This document shows, piece after piece, positions 33,257-43,478 of a stretch of 64,000 bases of DNA. Source of the stretch: an uncultured Nitrospiraceae bacterium (GTDB lineage Bacteria; Nitrospirota; Nitrospiria; Nitrospirales; Nitrospiraceae). Each line of letters begins with the position of its first letter. Position 1 is the stretch's first letter. The stretch covers positions 576,001 through 640,000 of the forward strand of contig CAVSTP010000004.1 of the NCBI GenBank assembly GCA_963730935.1, given 5' to 3'. The notes below the pieces were generated by a model. The model worked only from the letters and a program-made list of their open reading frames with translations, ran no database searches and was not told the origin of the DNA. Made by a program: the position numbers and the translations under genes.

Positions 33257-34135
33257 GTGAAACGCCACTACATGATAGTCGGTCTTGTGCTTCTCCTTCT
33301 CATCATGGCCTGTCCGTCCTTGTCCATGGCCGGCGATGACCTCAATAGCATCGGACAATCATCCGACTATTTCCCGGATACCATCGGCAGCCATTGGGAG
33401 TATCACGGTCAGATCGCGGAAGGGCCGCTGCAAACGATCGACCAAAAATTGTTCACGAACGTCTCGACTGTCGTGGGCACGAGGACCTTACGGGGAATGA
33501 CGGTGACAGTGTTTCACGACACCAATCCAGGGAATCACGGGCCGTCCGACAGTTTTTATCGCCGCGATGTGGTTGGCATCGTATATCACGGATCCGAACC
33601 CGGTACGCCGTTAGAGAAGCAGCTCATTCCATATCAAATCGTCCGGTTTCCAATCAAAATCTCCTCGACGATTCAACAGTTCGACAAGAAGGGCTTGGAC
33701 TTCGGTACGGACATGGACCGTGACGGCGTGAATGAAAAAGTTGATGCGCAGGGCACCTCGACGGTCGCAGGGCTTGAGACCGTCACGGTGCAGGCGGGGA
33801 CGTTCAAGGACGCAGTAAAAGTCGAGGCCTACATGCGGATGCGGATACAACTCTCCGGCACGCGGCGTACCGTCACCGGCACCGATGTTATGACGGCCTG
33901 GTTTGCCAAAGGGGTGGGACTCGTGAAGTACGTGGAGCGGCAGGAGCTTTCGCCACTCGAAGACCGCGGCGTGATCACCGAAATCACAGAGGAACTGGAT
34001 TCCTACGAAATCAAGCCGACCAAAGCGTCACTCGGTCGGAGCGAAACCCCGGCGGAGGGTCTGCTCGCTGACCACTCGGGTGACTACGAACTGCATGAGG
34101 TAGTCTTCGCCTCCCGCCTTCGCACCAACCCCTGA
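33257..34135 (+). CDS. Secreted hypothetical protein with a DxDxDG (Ca-binding-like) loop
   Basis: GTG start, signal MKRHYMIVGLVLLLLIMACPSLSMA, DYFP..GS.W.Y, DMDRDGVNE, ETVTVQAGTF, WFAKGVGLVK. Confidence 0.75.
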   Translation: MKRHYMIVGLVLLLLIMACPSLSMAGDDLNSIGQSSDYFPDTIGSHWEYHGQIAEGPLQTIDQKLFTNVSTVVGTRTLRGMTVTVFHDTNPGNHGPSDSFYRRDVVGIVYHGSEPGTPLEKQLIPYQIVRFPIKISSTIQQFDKKGLDFGTDMDRDGVNEKVDAQGTSTVAGLETVTVQAGTFKDAVKVEAYMRMRIQLSGTRRTVTGTDVMTAWFAKGVGLVKYVERQELSPLEDRGVITEITEELDSYEIKPTKASLGRSETPAEGLLADHSGDYELHEVVFASRLRTNP

Positions 34136-36967
34136 AAGCCGGTACCCGCCGAAGGGTTGACGGTTGACGAACGCCCCGGTAATGGGCCGGTTCAAATACA
34201 GATTTCCCACGTCGAACCGTTCTCGCGCCATCTCGAGATTGGCCGGACTACGCGAATAGACGCCACCTGTCAATGCATACTCGGTCGAATTGGCGAGGCG
34301 GAGCGCCTCTTCGAATGAGCCGGCCTTCAGGACGGCTAGGACCGGTCCAAAGATTTCTTCCTGTGCGATCCGAGCTGTGGAAGCGACATCGGCAAAGACC
34401 GTCGGCCCCACATACCAGCCCGGCTGTGTGACACGGCCCTCAACCATCACACGCCCTTCCTGATTTCCAATCTTGATGTAGTCGAGAATGCTCGCCTGAG
34501 CCCGCTCGTCGATCACCGGTCCCACCTGTGTACCGGGATGTTCCGGATTGCCCACCCGCAAACTGGCGACAGCCTCTTGAAGACGCTTGAGAAAGAGGTC
34601 GTACACCGCAGCATGCACGATGGTCCGTGAACAGGCCGAGCATTTCTGGCCGCTGTAACCGGTGCTGGATGCGATCACGCCGGCCACGGCCTCATCAAGA
34701 TCGGCGGTTTCATCGATGATGATCGCGTTCTTACCGCCCATCTCGGCGATGACACGCTTAACCATCCGCTGGCCCGGCACAACCACAGCCGTGTCCTTCA
34801 GCAGGCCCAGCCCTACCTTCTTCGATCCCGTGAAGGCGATCGTCGTGATCGCCGGATGCTGCGCCAAGGCGCGACCGATCTCCGGACCTCCTGGGAGGCA
34901 AAACAGCACGGCCTCGGGAACACCGGCTTCGACCAGCACTTCAACCAGCAACTGGCCCATGATCGGAGAGCGCTCCGATGGTTTGAAAAGGACCGGATTG
35001 CCGGTGACAAGCGCCGCCGACACCATGCCCGTGGGAATGGCGAGAGGGAAATTCCACGGCGCAATGACCGCCGTGATTCCGCGCGGCTCCAGCAGACGAT
35101 GGTTGAGTTCTCCCGGTTCCTGGCCCAGGCGTTTGGGCTCGGAGAGCCGAAGCCATTCGGCTCCGTAGAATTCCAAGAAGTCGATCGCCTCAGCGGCATC
35201 CGCATCGGCCTCTCGCCTAGGCTTTCCGCATTCGAGCACCTCCCAGGCGGCGAGGTTATCACGGCGAGACCGCATGAGGGCTGCCGCCGCCCGTATGATC
35301 CCCACACGCCGCTCAGCAGGCATGGCGCGCCAGGCCGCCCAGGCTTGATCCGCGCGCCGCACGGCGGCTTCGACATCAGCCGCAGCGGCGGTGGGCACAA
35401 TCCCAATGATTTCCTCCGGTCGGCTCGGGTTATACGATGGCATGAGCGGGCCGCTCAGCGTCAGCCCGCCCGCGGCAGCACGCCACGTCTTGCCAAGCTG
35501 TCCTTTGACCTCGTCGATCGCGTTCTGCATCGCGGATCTCGCCTCCGGCACGGAAAAATCCCGCAACGGTTCATTGCGAAACCCTTGTGGAGCAGTAGGC
35601 CGGTCCGCCGGCGCTGGGGCTGGCGGCGCCAGCAGCGTCGACAGCGACTGGGACTCCAGAAATTCCTTCCGCAGGAACGATTCGTTCGAGGTGTTTTCCA
35701 GGAGACGCCGGACGAGATAGGCCATGCCCGGCAGCAACTCTCCGACCGGCGTGTAGAGGCGCAGCCGACGTCCCCGCCGCAGGACGGCTTCCTGAAAGGG
35801 CTCCGCCATGCCGAAGATCATTTGATACTCCCAGGTGTCCGGGGAAAGACGGAGTTGCTCGGCCATCGCCTCGATATAGGCCAGCGTCCGTAGATTGTGG
35901 GTCCCGAACGCCGGCCGGATCACAGCGCTCGCTTCTAAGAGCGTGCGCACGAGCGCTTCATAGTTTGCGTCGGTCTCCGCCTTATACTCGAACAACGGCA
36001 CAGGCCATCCCCGTTGCCGGTAGCGGATCGTATCTGAATCCCAGTAGGCGCCCTTCACCAGCCTCAACGTCACTGGTGTTCCGCGTTGTCGGGCCCATGC
36101 CAAAATGGCCTCGACGTCCTGCCTCGTCGCTCGATGGTAGGCTTGAACCGCCAATCCCGCGTGTGGAAAGGTTCGATACGCCGGCTCCATGAACAACCGG
36201 GTGAAGATCATGATCAGAAGGTCTTTCGTCTCGGCTTGTTCCATATCGAAAATCAGCGAGGCCGGCTCCCGCATCGCCGCATCGACGATCGGACGGAGAC
36301 GCCGCGCCACGGATTCGAAACTGCCCTCCGGATCGACCGGATCCAAATGAGGAGAAAGGGCGGAGATCTTCAGGGAGAGTTGCACACGCGGCACGGGTCC
36401 CAAGGGATCCTGCTCGAGCAGGGGAGTGCGCTCCCACGATCGGGCAACCTGCGCCAACGTTTCGAGAGCTTCTAGACAGCGATCACGATAGCGGTCGGCT
36501 TCCTGGTCGCTGATCGTCGCTTCGCCCAGCAGATCGACCGACCAGGCCTTGCCCTCGGTCCACAAGTGCGTCAAGGCCGGTGTCGCGCCGATGACCGACG
36601 AACCGGCAATGAACGTCCGCGCCATCTGTTCAACTTGGGCGCGAATCGCATGCCCGCTCAGCTTGGCGCCGACCCCGGTGGCCGCAAGGGCTTTCAACCC
36701 CCAGCCGAGGCCGAACGCCTGATCGGCCAATGCCCCGAAATACTCCTGTGCCAGCGTCACGACCCGCTGATCGTCGGTGACCGAAGGTAGTACATCGATG
36801 AAGCGGAATAACTGGGTCTTGAAGTCAAGGTTGTGCATGGCGAGGTTGATGGCCGCTTGGGACCACCAACGTCGCTCGAACAGGGTAGGCGACTCGCCCC
36901 CTGAGAGACGGGCCAGTTCTTCGCCGATCTGACGAACAGAGGACTCCAGGTCGTTGGTCACAGCCAC
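34028..36967 (-). CDS. putA: Bifunctional proline dehydrogenase / L-glutamate-gamma-semialdehyde dehydrogenase PutA (no RHH domain)
   Basis: LFRFIDVLP, DLLGEA, RLVKGAYWD, YLVRRLLENTSN, APWNFP, FTGS, EMGGKN, GQKCSAC, EEIFGP; start GTG 36967 after GAAGGT. Confidence 0.93.
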   Translation of the reverse strand: MAVTNDLESSVRQIGEELARLSGGESPTLFERRWWSQAAINLAMHNLDFKTQLFRFIDVLPSVTDDQRVVTLAQEYFGALADQAFGLGWGLKALAATGVGAKLSGHAIRAQVEQMARTFIAGSSVIGATPALTHLWTEGKAWSVDLLGEATISDQEADRYRDRCLEALETLAQVARSWERTPLLEQDPLGPVPRVQLSLKISALSPHLDPVDPEGSFESVARRLRPIVDAAMREPASLIFDMEQAETKDLLIMIFTRLFMEPAYRTFPHAGLAVQAYHRATRQDVEAILAWARQRGTPVTLRLVKGAYWDSDTIRYRQRGWPVPLFEYKAETDANYEALVRTLLEASAVIRPAFGTHNLRTLAYIEAMAEQLRLSPDTWEYQMIFGMAEPFQEAVLRRGRRLRLYTPVGELLPGMAYLVRRLLENTSNESFLRKEFLESQSLSTLLAPPAPAPADRPTAPQGFRNEPLRDFSVPEARSAMQNAIDEVKGQLGKTWRAAAGGLTLSGPLMPSYNPSRPEEIIGIVPTAAAADVEAAVRRADQAWAAWRAMPAERRVGIIRAAAALMRSRRDNLAAWEVLECGKPRREADADAAEAIDFLEFYGAEWLRLSEPKRLGQEPGELNHRLLEPRGITAVIAPWNFPLAIPTGMVSAALVTGNPVLFKPSERSPIMGQLLVEVLVEAGVPEAVLFCLPGGPEIGRALAQHPAITTIAFTGSKKVGLGLLKDTAVVVPGQRMVKRVIAEMGGKNAIIIDETADLDEAVAGVIASSTGYSGQKCSACSRTIVHAAVYDLFLKRLQEAVASLRVGNPEHPGTQVGPVIDERAQASILDYIKIGNQEGRVMVEGRVTQPGWYVGPTVFADVASTARIAQEEIFGPVLAVLKAGSFEEALRLANSTEYALTGGVYSRSPANLEMARERFDVGNLYLNRPITGAFVNRQPFGGYRLSGVGAKAGGEDYLMQFVVTRVVSEQTLRRGFAPTE

Positions 36968-37259
36968 GGGACACCTTCGTGAGCCGGCTAGGGAGCGCCT
37001 GTTTCTTTCAGTATACACCTGCGCCTGCCCTGTCATTTCGTTTGAGGAAAGAATTTCTTGATTAAAGTCCGCTACTTCGGTACTCTTACGGTACAGGACT
37101 TCTCGGTCCCGGCCAGAGTAGGACAAGTGCACTTCCCCACACACCGGATAGTGACTCTTTGTCGGAGGAGACGGGCGAGAGATCTGCGTACGACGCGCGT
37201 TGCCAGGTGACGCGGTGACGCTCACAAACCTCATGTTCCTAAGAAACAGGGAGTAACGG

Positions 37260-38111
37260 ATGCCGGACACTGTTGGAAAGACGCCATTTGCCTATAAGAC
37301 CTTCATCCTGTTTTGCCTTGTTGCCGTCACCACGCTGATCGGCACGCCGCTTTTCGGTTATCTCTACGGCTATACACTCTTCGATTGGGTGCTCTTTGCC
37401 ATCCTCTATGTGGCAACGGGATTGGGGATCACCGTCGGGTATCATCGATTGATTTCTCACCGGAGTTTCGAATGCCATCCCTGGGTCAAAGCCCTGTTGC
37501 TGATCGCCGGCGGGTGGGCGCTCCAGAACTCGGCGCTCCGATGGAGCGCGGATCATCTTCGGCATCATGCGCGGACAGATCAGGAAGAAGATCCGTACAA
37601 TGCCCTGAAAGGCTTCTGGCATAGCCACTGCGTGTGGCTCTTCATCAATACACCCCATCGGACGGAAAATTACGAGCGGCAGTTGCGGAAAGATCCGATG
37701 ATCATGTGGCAACACCGGCACTATTGGGCAATCGTCATCTCGGGGCTCGCGTTTCCCCTCGTCCTGGGGTATTTCAACGGTGGCGTGATCGGCGCCATCG
37801 GGTGTTTTATGCTCGCAGGGATGTTCCGGATGTTTATGGTGCTGAACTCCACATTCGCGATCAATTCTCTCTGTCACATGTTCGGCACGCAGCCGCATGG
37901 CCAGCGCGACAGCAGCCGCGACAGCTGGCTCATCTCCTGCTTCACGTTTGGCGAGGGCTACCACAACTATCACCATACCTACGCCCGGGATTACCGCAAC
38001 GGCCCGCGCTGGTACAATGTTGATCCTTCCAAGTGGACAATCTACACGCTGTCCGTGCTGGGACTGGCCACCAACCTACGCCGGCTGGATTCTACCGTCC
38101 TGTCTGAGTAG
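37260..38111 (+). CDS. Delta-9-type acyl-lipid/acyl-CoA desaturase
   Basis: His boxes HRLISHRS, HLRHH, HNYHH; INSLCH, FGEGY. Confidence 0.92.
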   Translation: MPDTVGKTPFAYKTFILFCLVAVTTLIGTPLFGYLYGYTLFDWVLFAILYVATGLGITVGYHRLISHRSFECHPWVKALLLIAGGWALQNSALRWSADHLRHHARTDQEEDPYNALKGFWHSHCVWLFINTPHRTENYERQLRKDPMIMWQHRHYWAIVISGLAFPLVLGYFNGGVIGAIGCFMLAGMFRMFMVLNSTFAINSLCHMFGTQPHGQRDSSRDSWLISCFTFGEGYHNYHHTYARDYRNGPRWYNVDPSKWTIYTLSVLGLATNLRRLDSTVLSE

Positions 38112-38209
38112 ACGGTCCGGCCGAGCGATTCTGCCAGGGGCCAACCGACCCATTTTCTTTCCCCTCGTCCATCGCTTATGATGCAGAGAGTAGCGGAAGG
38201 AGCACAGCC

Positions 38210-39082
38210 ATGGCTGACGAACATTCCTCTGCCCAGCAACCTCAGGGCAAAGACACCCTGATCCCCGGAGTCAAACACGTCATCGCCATCAGCAGCGGGA
38301 AGGGCGGGGTCGGTAAATCGACCGTGGCCGCGAACCTCGCCTGCGCGCTGGCCTTGACCGGCGCCAAGGTCGGCCTCATGGACGCGGATGTGTACGGGCC
38401 GAACATTCCGATGATGATGGGCAGTACGACCGGCCCCGAACAACGGGACGGGAAGATCGTGCCGGTGGAGAATTATGGGGTGAAGCTCATTTCGATGGCC
38501 TTCCTGGTTCCGGAGGAGGCGCCGATCGTGTGGCGTGGCCCCATGGTGCATCAATACCTGCAAGCCTTTTTCCGCGACGTGTTGTGGGGAGAACTGGATT
38601 ATCTGTTGATCGACCTGCCTCCGGGAACCGGCGATGTGCAACTCTCGTTGTCCCAGATGGTGCCGCTGGCCGGCGCCGTGACCGTGACGACGCCGCAGGA
38701 AGTCGCCCTCTACGACGTGCGCAAAGGGATGGCGATGTTTCAAAAGGTCAATGTGCCGCTGCTCGGCATTATCGAGAACATGAGCTCGTTCGTGTGCGGT
38801 CATTGCGGCGAGCGCACCGACATTTTTTCCCACGGGGGAGGGGAGCGGGCCGCGTCCAAACTCGGCGTGCCATTCCTCGGCAGTATTCCCATCGATCCCG
38901 CCATCCGCGAAGGAGGCGACAGCGGACATCCCATCGTGGTGGCGAATCCTTCATCTCCTCACGCGGCCGCCTTCAAGGACATCGCCAAGAAACTCGTGGA
39001 GCGGTTGGGTGGAGCGGCCATGGGAGGTGCCTCAATCGAAAGCCTCCTCAAGAAAATTAAGCAGCCGTTTACCAATCAATAG
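38210..39082 (+). CDS. Mrp/NBP35 (ApbC) Fe-S cluster carrier ATPase
   Basis: SGKGGVGKST, DADVYGP, WRGPM, DLPPGTGD, ENMS..CGHC. Confidence 0.93.
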   Translation: MADEHSSAQQPQGKDTLIPGVKHVIAISSGKGGVGKSTVAANLACALALTGAKVGLMDADVYGPNIPMMMGSTTGPEQRDGKIVPVENYGVKLISMAFLVPEEAPIVWRGPMVHQYLQAFFRDVLWGELDYLLIDLPPGTGDVQLSLSQMVPLAGAVTVTTPQEVALYDVRKGMAMFQKVNVPLLGIIENMSSFVCGHCGERTDIFSHGGGERAASKLGVPFLGSIPIDPAIREGGDSGHPIVVANPSSPHAAAFKDIAKKLVERLGGAAMGGASIESLLKKIKQPFTNQ

Positions 39083-39110
39083 GCAGCGTCGGGAGAGGAG
39101 GCAGAAGCGT

Positions 39111-39416
39111 ATGGGAGAGTTCATACGGGTCGCGGGCACCGACGATGTGAAGCCTGGCCATGGCCTGGTCGCCGAAGTCAACGGCAAGGCCTTGGCTGTC
39201 TTCAACATTGACGGGCAATTCCATGTCATCGACAACACCTGCCTGCACCGGGGTGGGCCGCTCGGGGAAGGGGAGCTGGAAGCGAGCGTCGTGACCTGCC
39301 CATGGCACGGCTGGCAGTTCAATGTCACGACCGGTGTCTGCGTCAACAATCCTTCCGCGAAAATCGAGACCTATCAAGTCAAAGTGGAAGGCACTGACGT
39401 CAAAGCGCTGTTATAG
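39111..39416 (+). CDS. Rieske 2Fe-2S ferredoxin
   Basis: CLHRGGPL...CPWHGWQF. Confidence 0.92.
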   Translation: MGEFIRVAGTDDVKPGHGLVAEVNGKALAVFNIDGQFHVIDNTCLHRGGPLGEGELEASVVTCPWHGWQFNVTTGVCVNNPSAKIETYQVKVEGTDVKALL

Positions 39417-39443
39417 CACTTCATCCGATCAGAAAGGACGGCC

Positions 39444-39809
39444 ATGGCAGCCTCCGCCAGCGCACAGCTCGAAATCGCCGCAGCACTCGTTCGCCTCTAT
39501 GTGTTCCTGAGCCAATATCTGGATCGCTGTCTGGATGACGGAGTCCGGCGCAGTACTCCGGACGGCGATCTTCAAACCCACCTCGCCCAAACACGCCTCG
39601 GGTTGATGGAAATTCTGTCCGTCAATCCGGTGGTGAAACGCAAGCTAACCGACGAATGCGACAGGATTTTGAACCTCGGCGCGTCCTGCCTGACTTCAAG
39701 TCCCATCACGACGAAGAACCGCGAGCTCATCCAAGCCGAGCGCGAGGTGCTCAAGCAGAAAACCAGCGCGTTGAGCGATCTGGTCGCCGTCTACCGCGCA
39801 TTGGACTGA
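39444..39809 (+). CDS. Hypothetical helical protein
   Basis: AAAGGA RBS, fits the operon, no recognised motif. Confidence 0.7.
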   Translation: MAASASAQLEIAAALVRLYVFLSQYLDRCLDDGVRRSTPDGDLQTHLAQTRLGLMEILSVNPVVKRKLTDECDRILNLGASCLTSSPITTKNRELIQAEREVLKQKTSALSDLVAVYRALD

Positions 39810-39811
39810 CC

Positions 39812-40177
39812 GTGGGAACGACAGCTCAGGACACCTACCAGCTTGCCGGCCTCGATTCCCGCGAACGCGGCTTCAGCCGGCCGGTCGAAGTGCGACAAGA
39901 AGATCAGCGGTACCGCGCTTCGATGCGGTATGAAGCCACGCATGTCGTGACAGAGCCGGCGGACACTCAGGAGGCCGCACTCCAACTCCTCATCGCGACG
40001 CTGCATGGGCATGGGTATCGTCAGCTCAAGACACAAATCAGTTTCCGTTGCGGGACCTATTTGGGCTCCCGGGAGTCCTGGGTGGAATACCCTGATCCGC
40101 CGCTTGCAGTAAGGCGGGGAGCCGGTCTTGTCGCCGCCATTCGAAATTGGTTTCACTGGGACACCCTGTCGGCATGA
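39812..40177 (+). CDS. Hypothetical protein
   Basis: GTG just after the preceding stop; ATGA overlap with lipA. Confidence 0.6.
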   Translation: MGTTAQDTYQLAGLDSRERGFSRPVEVRQEDQRYRASMRYEATHVVTEPADTQEAALQLLIATLHGHGYRQLKTQISFRCGTYLGSRESWVEYPDPPLAVRRGAGLVAAIRNWFHWDTLSA

Positions 40178-41061
40178 CGCTGATTCCACTCACGCAGCTC
40201 CGCTCGGGCGGGGCCTCGACGGAACGCCTTCCAGCCTGGTTCAAAGTTGAGGCCAAAACCGGCCCGGATTACCTCGACCTCAAGCAAACGATCGACCGTT
40301 TAAAACTCCACACGATCTGTGAAGAGGCCCGTTGTCCCAACCGCTGGGAATGCTGGAATGCCCGTACCGCGACATTTCTGATTCTCGGCGATATCTGCAC
40401 GAGACGGTGCCACTACTGTTCGGTGGAGACGGGCCGCCCGCAGGCGGTGGATCCGGAGGAGCCCAGGCGTGTCGCCGAGGCGGTACAGGCGTTGGGACTC
40501 CGCCATGCCGTTATCACGTCGGTCAACCGGGATGAATTGACTGACGGCGGTGCCGCCGTGTTTGCCGACACCATTCGCCTCACCCGGGAACGCAATCCCG
40601 GCTGTACGATTGAGGTGCTGATCCCTGATTTCGAAGGCAACGCCGCCGCCCTGGAGGCGGTCTGCCTGGAACGGCCGGACATTCTCAATCACAATATTGA
40701 GACCGTCCCGCGGCTCTTTCCCGCCCTACGCCCGCAAGGGAAATATCAGCGATCGCTTGAACTCTTGGCTCGGGCTCATGCACAGGGGCTCCGGACAAAG
40801 TCAGGATTGATCGTTGGGATGGGGGAGAGGCCGGACGAAATCTGCACAGTCCTACAGGATTTACGGGCGGCCGGATGTGACGTCGTCACGATCGGTCAAT
40901 ACCTGCAGCCGACGAAAGAGCATGTGCCGGTCGTTCGCTATTATGAGCCGGCCGAGTTTGCTCGCCTCAAAGCCGAGGCCTTGGCCATGGGGTTTGCCCA
41001 TGTCGAATCCAGCCCATTAACCCGCAGTTCCTACCATGCCGCGCAGCATGCTCAGGTGTAG
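40174..41061 (+). CDS. lipA: Lipoyl synthase
   Basis: CEEARCPNRWEC, CTRRCHYC, HNIETV, GQYLQP, RSSYHA. Confidence 0.96.
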   Translation: MTLIPLTQLRSGGASTERLPAWFKVEAKTGPDYLDLKQTIDRLKLHTICEEARCPNRWECWNARTATFLILGDICTRRCHYCSVETGRPQAVDPEEPRRVAEAVQALGLRHAVITSVNRDELTDGGAAVFADTIRLTRERNPGCTIEVLIPDFEGNAAALEAVCLERPDILNHNIETVPRLFPALRPQGKYQRSLELLARAHAQGLRTKSGLIVGMGERPDEICTVLQDLRAAGCDVVTIGQYLQPTKEHVPVVRYYEPAEFARLKAEALAMGFAHVESSPLTRSSYHAAQHAQV

Positions 41062-41212
41062 TTCATTCACCTGATTCCCGGTCACCAGATCGTCTCTCGG
41101 CTTCTCCGCCGGCGTTAAACAGATCCACGCTCGCTCCTTGTGGCTTTACATCCCGTATCCGAGTGCTACGCTTAAGTAGTCATGCCGAGGTTGCTGGAAG
41201 GAGTATTTCCAG

Positions 41213-41611
41213 ATGACAGGCGTCGAGATCTTTGCGTGGCTGGTCTTGGCATTCGCCGATGGACCCGATTGTCTACTTCAAGCTTCGGTCCATTGGCTTC
41301 CCGAGGGGCCGGCGTGGGTGCGAGAGGATGGGTGCGCCGTCCATTCACACCAAGAAGGGAGCCACATTGTGTTTTGGTCCGACGCTCGATGGGTCGCGAT
41401 CAAAATTCCCACCGGCGCACGGTCGCTGTCCTACCGGTGGGGGCGCACAGCGGCGTTTGTGAACGGGAAGAGCGTGACAGTCCACTTTGGGAACACGGGT
41501 GCCAGACAGACACGGCCTTCGCTGAGTCAGGACCGAGTGGACCTGCTCGATAAATGGAGAGTCAGCACTCCTCCGATTCTTCGACGATTGCATCGCCATA
41601 GCACGGTCTAA
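41213..41611 (+). CDS. Hypothetical protein
   Basis: AAGGAG RBS; hydrophobic N-terminus; no motif recognised. Confidence 0.5.
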   Translation: MTGVEIFAWLVLAFADGPDCLLQASVHWLPEGPAWVREDGCAVHSHQEGSHIVFWSDARWVAIKIPTGARSLSYRWGRTAAFVNGKSVTVHFGNTGARQTRPSLSQDRVDLLDKWRVSTPPILRRLHRHSTV

Positions 41612-41652
41612 CGGTCGATGGCTGCTCTCGTTTCTGCGGAGATATCTTCATC

Positions 41653-43302
41653 TTATTCCACTGCTGAGAGCACCTGAGTAATAAGGCTTTGCGCTTCCCG
41701 TTGTATCTGCGCCAGATGCTCCTGCCCCTTGAAGCTTTCGGCATAGAGCTTGTACACATCTTCGGTCCCTGAGGGACGGGCGGCGAACCAGCCCTGTCCT
41801 GTGACGACCTTGAGTCCGCCGATGGGAGCGCCATTGCCGGGGGCCTGAGTGAGCCGCGAGACAATGGGATCGCCCGCGAGCGTCGTCGCGCGCACTTGCT
41901 CCGCCGAGAGCTTCGAGAGCCTGTGCTTCTGGTCTGGCGTCGCGGGCGCATCGATGCGCGCGTACCGCGGTTCGCCCAATTCCCGTGTGAGCTCCCGGTA
42001 GAGTTCGGAAGGATCACGCCCGGTGCGCGCCATCATCTCGGCGGCCAGCAGGTCCATGATGATGCCGTCCTTATCCGTGGACCACACTGTGCCATCGTGC
42101 CGCAGAAACGAGGCGCCCGCGCTCTCTTCGCCGCCGAACCCCAGCGACCCGTCCAGCAATCCGTCGACAAACCACTTGAAGCCGACCGGCACTTCGACGA
42201 GCCGCCGCTTAAGTTTCGAGGCAACGCGATCAATGACGCTGCTGCTCACCAACGTTTTGCCGATGCCGGCGCCAGCCGGCCAACCTGGACGATGGGAGAA
42301 GAGATAGCCAATGGCCGCGGCGAGGTAGTGGTTGGGGTTCATGAGGCCGGCCGAGCGGGTCACGATCCCATGCCGGTCGTTGTCCGCGTCATTGCCGAAG
42401 GCGACGTCAAAGCGGTCCTTGAGCGCGATGAGATTCGCCATTGCGTAGGCGGACGAACAATCCATTCGGATTTTTCCGTCCCAATCAAGCGGCATGAACC
42501 GAAAGGTCCCATCCACGGCAGGATTCACGATGTCGAGATTGAGCCCGTAACGCTCGACAATGGGCGTCCAATAGGCGACGCCCGAGCCGCCGAGCGGATC
42601 GATGCCAAGCTTCAGGTTGGCGCCTCGGATCGGAGCAAAATCGACGACGTGCTCCAGGTCCTTTACATAGGCCCCCCGATAGTCATGCCGGTGCACGGAA
42701 GCCCCCCGTAGGGCCTGAGCCGCAGAAACCCGTTTGACGCCTTCAAGACCTTCCGACAAGAGGGCGTTCGCCCGCTCTTCGATCCACTTGGTGACCTGCG
42801 TGTCAGCCGGTCCGCCCTGCGGCGGGTTGTATTTGATCCCGCCGTCCTCGGGAGGATTGTGCGAGGGCGTAATCACGATGCCGTCGCTGTGTCCGGATGT
42901 TCGGCCGCGATTGTAGGTGAGGATCGCATGTGAAATGACGGGCGTCGGCGTATAGCCGTCGTCCTGATCAATCATGACCTCCACACCATTGGCGGCCAAG
43001 ACTTCAAGGGCTGTGTCGAAGGCGGGCCGCGACAGGGCGTGGGTATCTATGCCAAGGAACAGCGGGCCGGTGGTCCCTTGGCATTTCCGGTACTCACAGA
43101 TTGCTTGAACGATCGCGACAATATGATGACTGTTAAAGGATCGCTTGAAGGATGAGCCGCGATGTCCAGAAGTCCCGAATGCCACACGCTGAGCCGGCAC
43201 GGCAGGATCTGGAACGTCCCGGTGGTAGGCCTCGAGTAATTTGTCGAGATTAACCAACATCGAGAGAGGCGCCGGTTTCCCGGCCAAAGGATGAACGGTC
43301 AT
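41653..43302 (-). CDS. pgm: Phosphoglucomutase
   Basis: [39 protein letters not shown]. Confidence 0.96.
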   Translation of the reverse strand: MTVHPLAGKPAPLSMLVNLDKLLEAYHRDVPDPAVPAQRVAFGTSGHRGSSFKRSFNSHHIVAIVQAICEYRKCQGTTGPLFLGIDTHALSRPAFDTALEVLAANGVEVMIDQDDGYTPTPVISHAILTYNRGRTSGHSDGIVITPSHNPPEDGGIKYNPPQGGPADTQVTKWIEERANALLSEGLEGVKRVSAAQALRGASVHRHDYRGAYVKDLEHVVDFAPIRGANLKLGIDPLGGSGVAYWTPIVERYGLNLDIVNPAVDGTFRFMPLDWDGKIRMDCSSAYAMANLIALKDRFDVAFGNDADNDRHGIVTRSAGLMNPNHYLAAAIGYLFSHRPGWPAGAGIGKTLVSSSVIDRVASKLKRRLVEVPVGFKWFVDGLLDGSLGFGGEESAGASFLRHDGTVWSTDKDGIIMDLLAAEMMARTGRDPSELYRELTRELGEPRYARIDAPATPDQKHRLSKLSAEQVRATTLAGDPIVSRLTQAPGNGAPIGGLKVVTGQGWFAARPSGTEDVYKLYAESFKGQEHLAQIQREAQSLITQVLSAVE

Positions 43303-43437
43303 GGCTTCTGTGTAGCCCGCCCAAGAGGCTGTGTCAACACGGAGTCGTCAGAGGGCAACCGCGGGGATTGGTTGACCCAGTAAGGCGAACGGAGTAAGAC
43401 AGCGGCGCGCAGATGCGACGATCGAGAGAAGCACGTA

Positions 43438-43465
43438 AGTTGACATAATATCCCTTATCGGACAT
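43438..43465 (-). other. dif: Chromosomal dif site (XerC/XerD recombination site)
   Basis: Minus strand ATGTCCGATAA-GGGATA-TTATGTCAACT: 11-6-11 layout with a TTATGT-AA-T XerD arm, intergenic. Confidence 0.85.
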
Positions 43466-43478
43466 TGATTATCGCGCC

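Noticed and set aside
36968..37270. 101-aa N-terminal extension of PutA in the ORF track (possible DNA-binding domain)
   Set aside because: No ribbon-helix-helix pattern; it spans the divergent promoter region and overlaps the desaturase start; an RBS supports GTG 36967.
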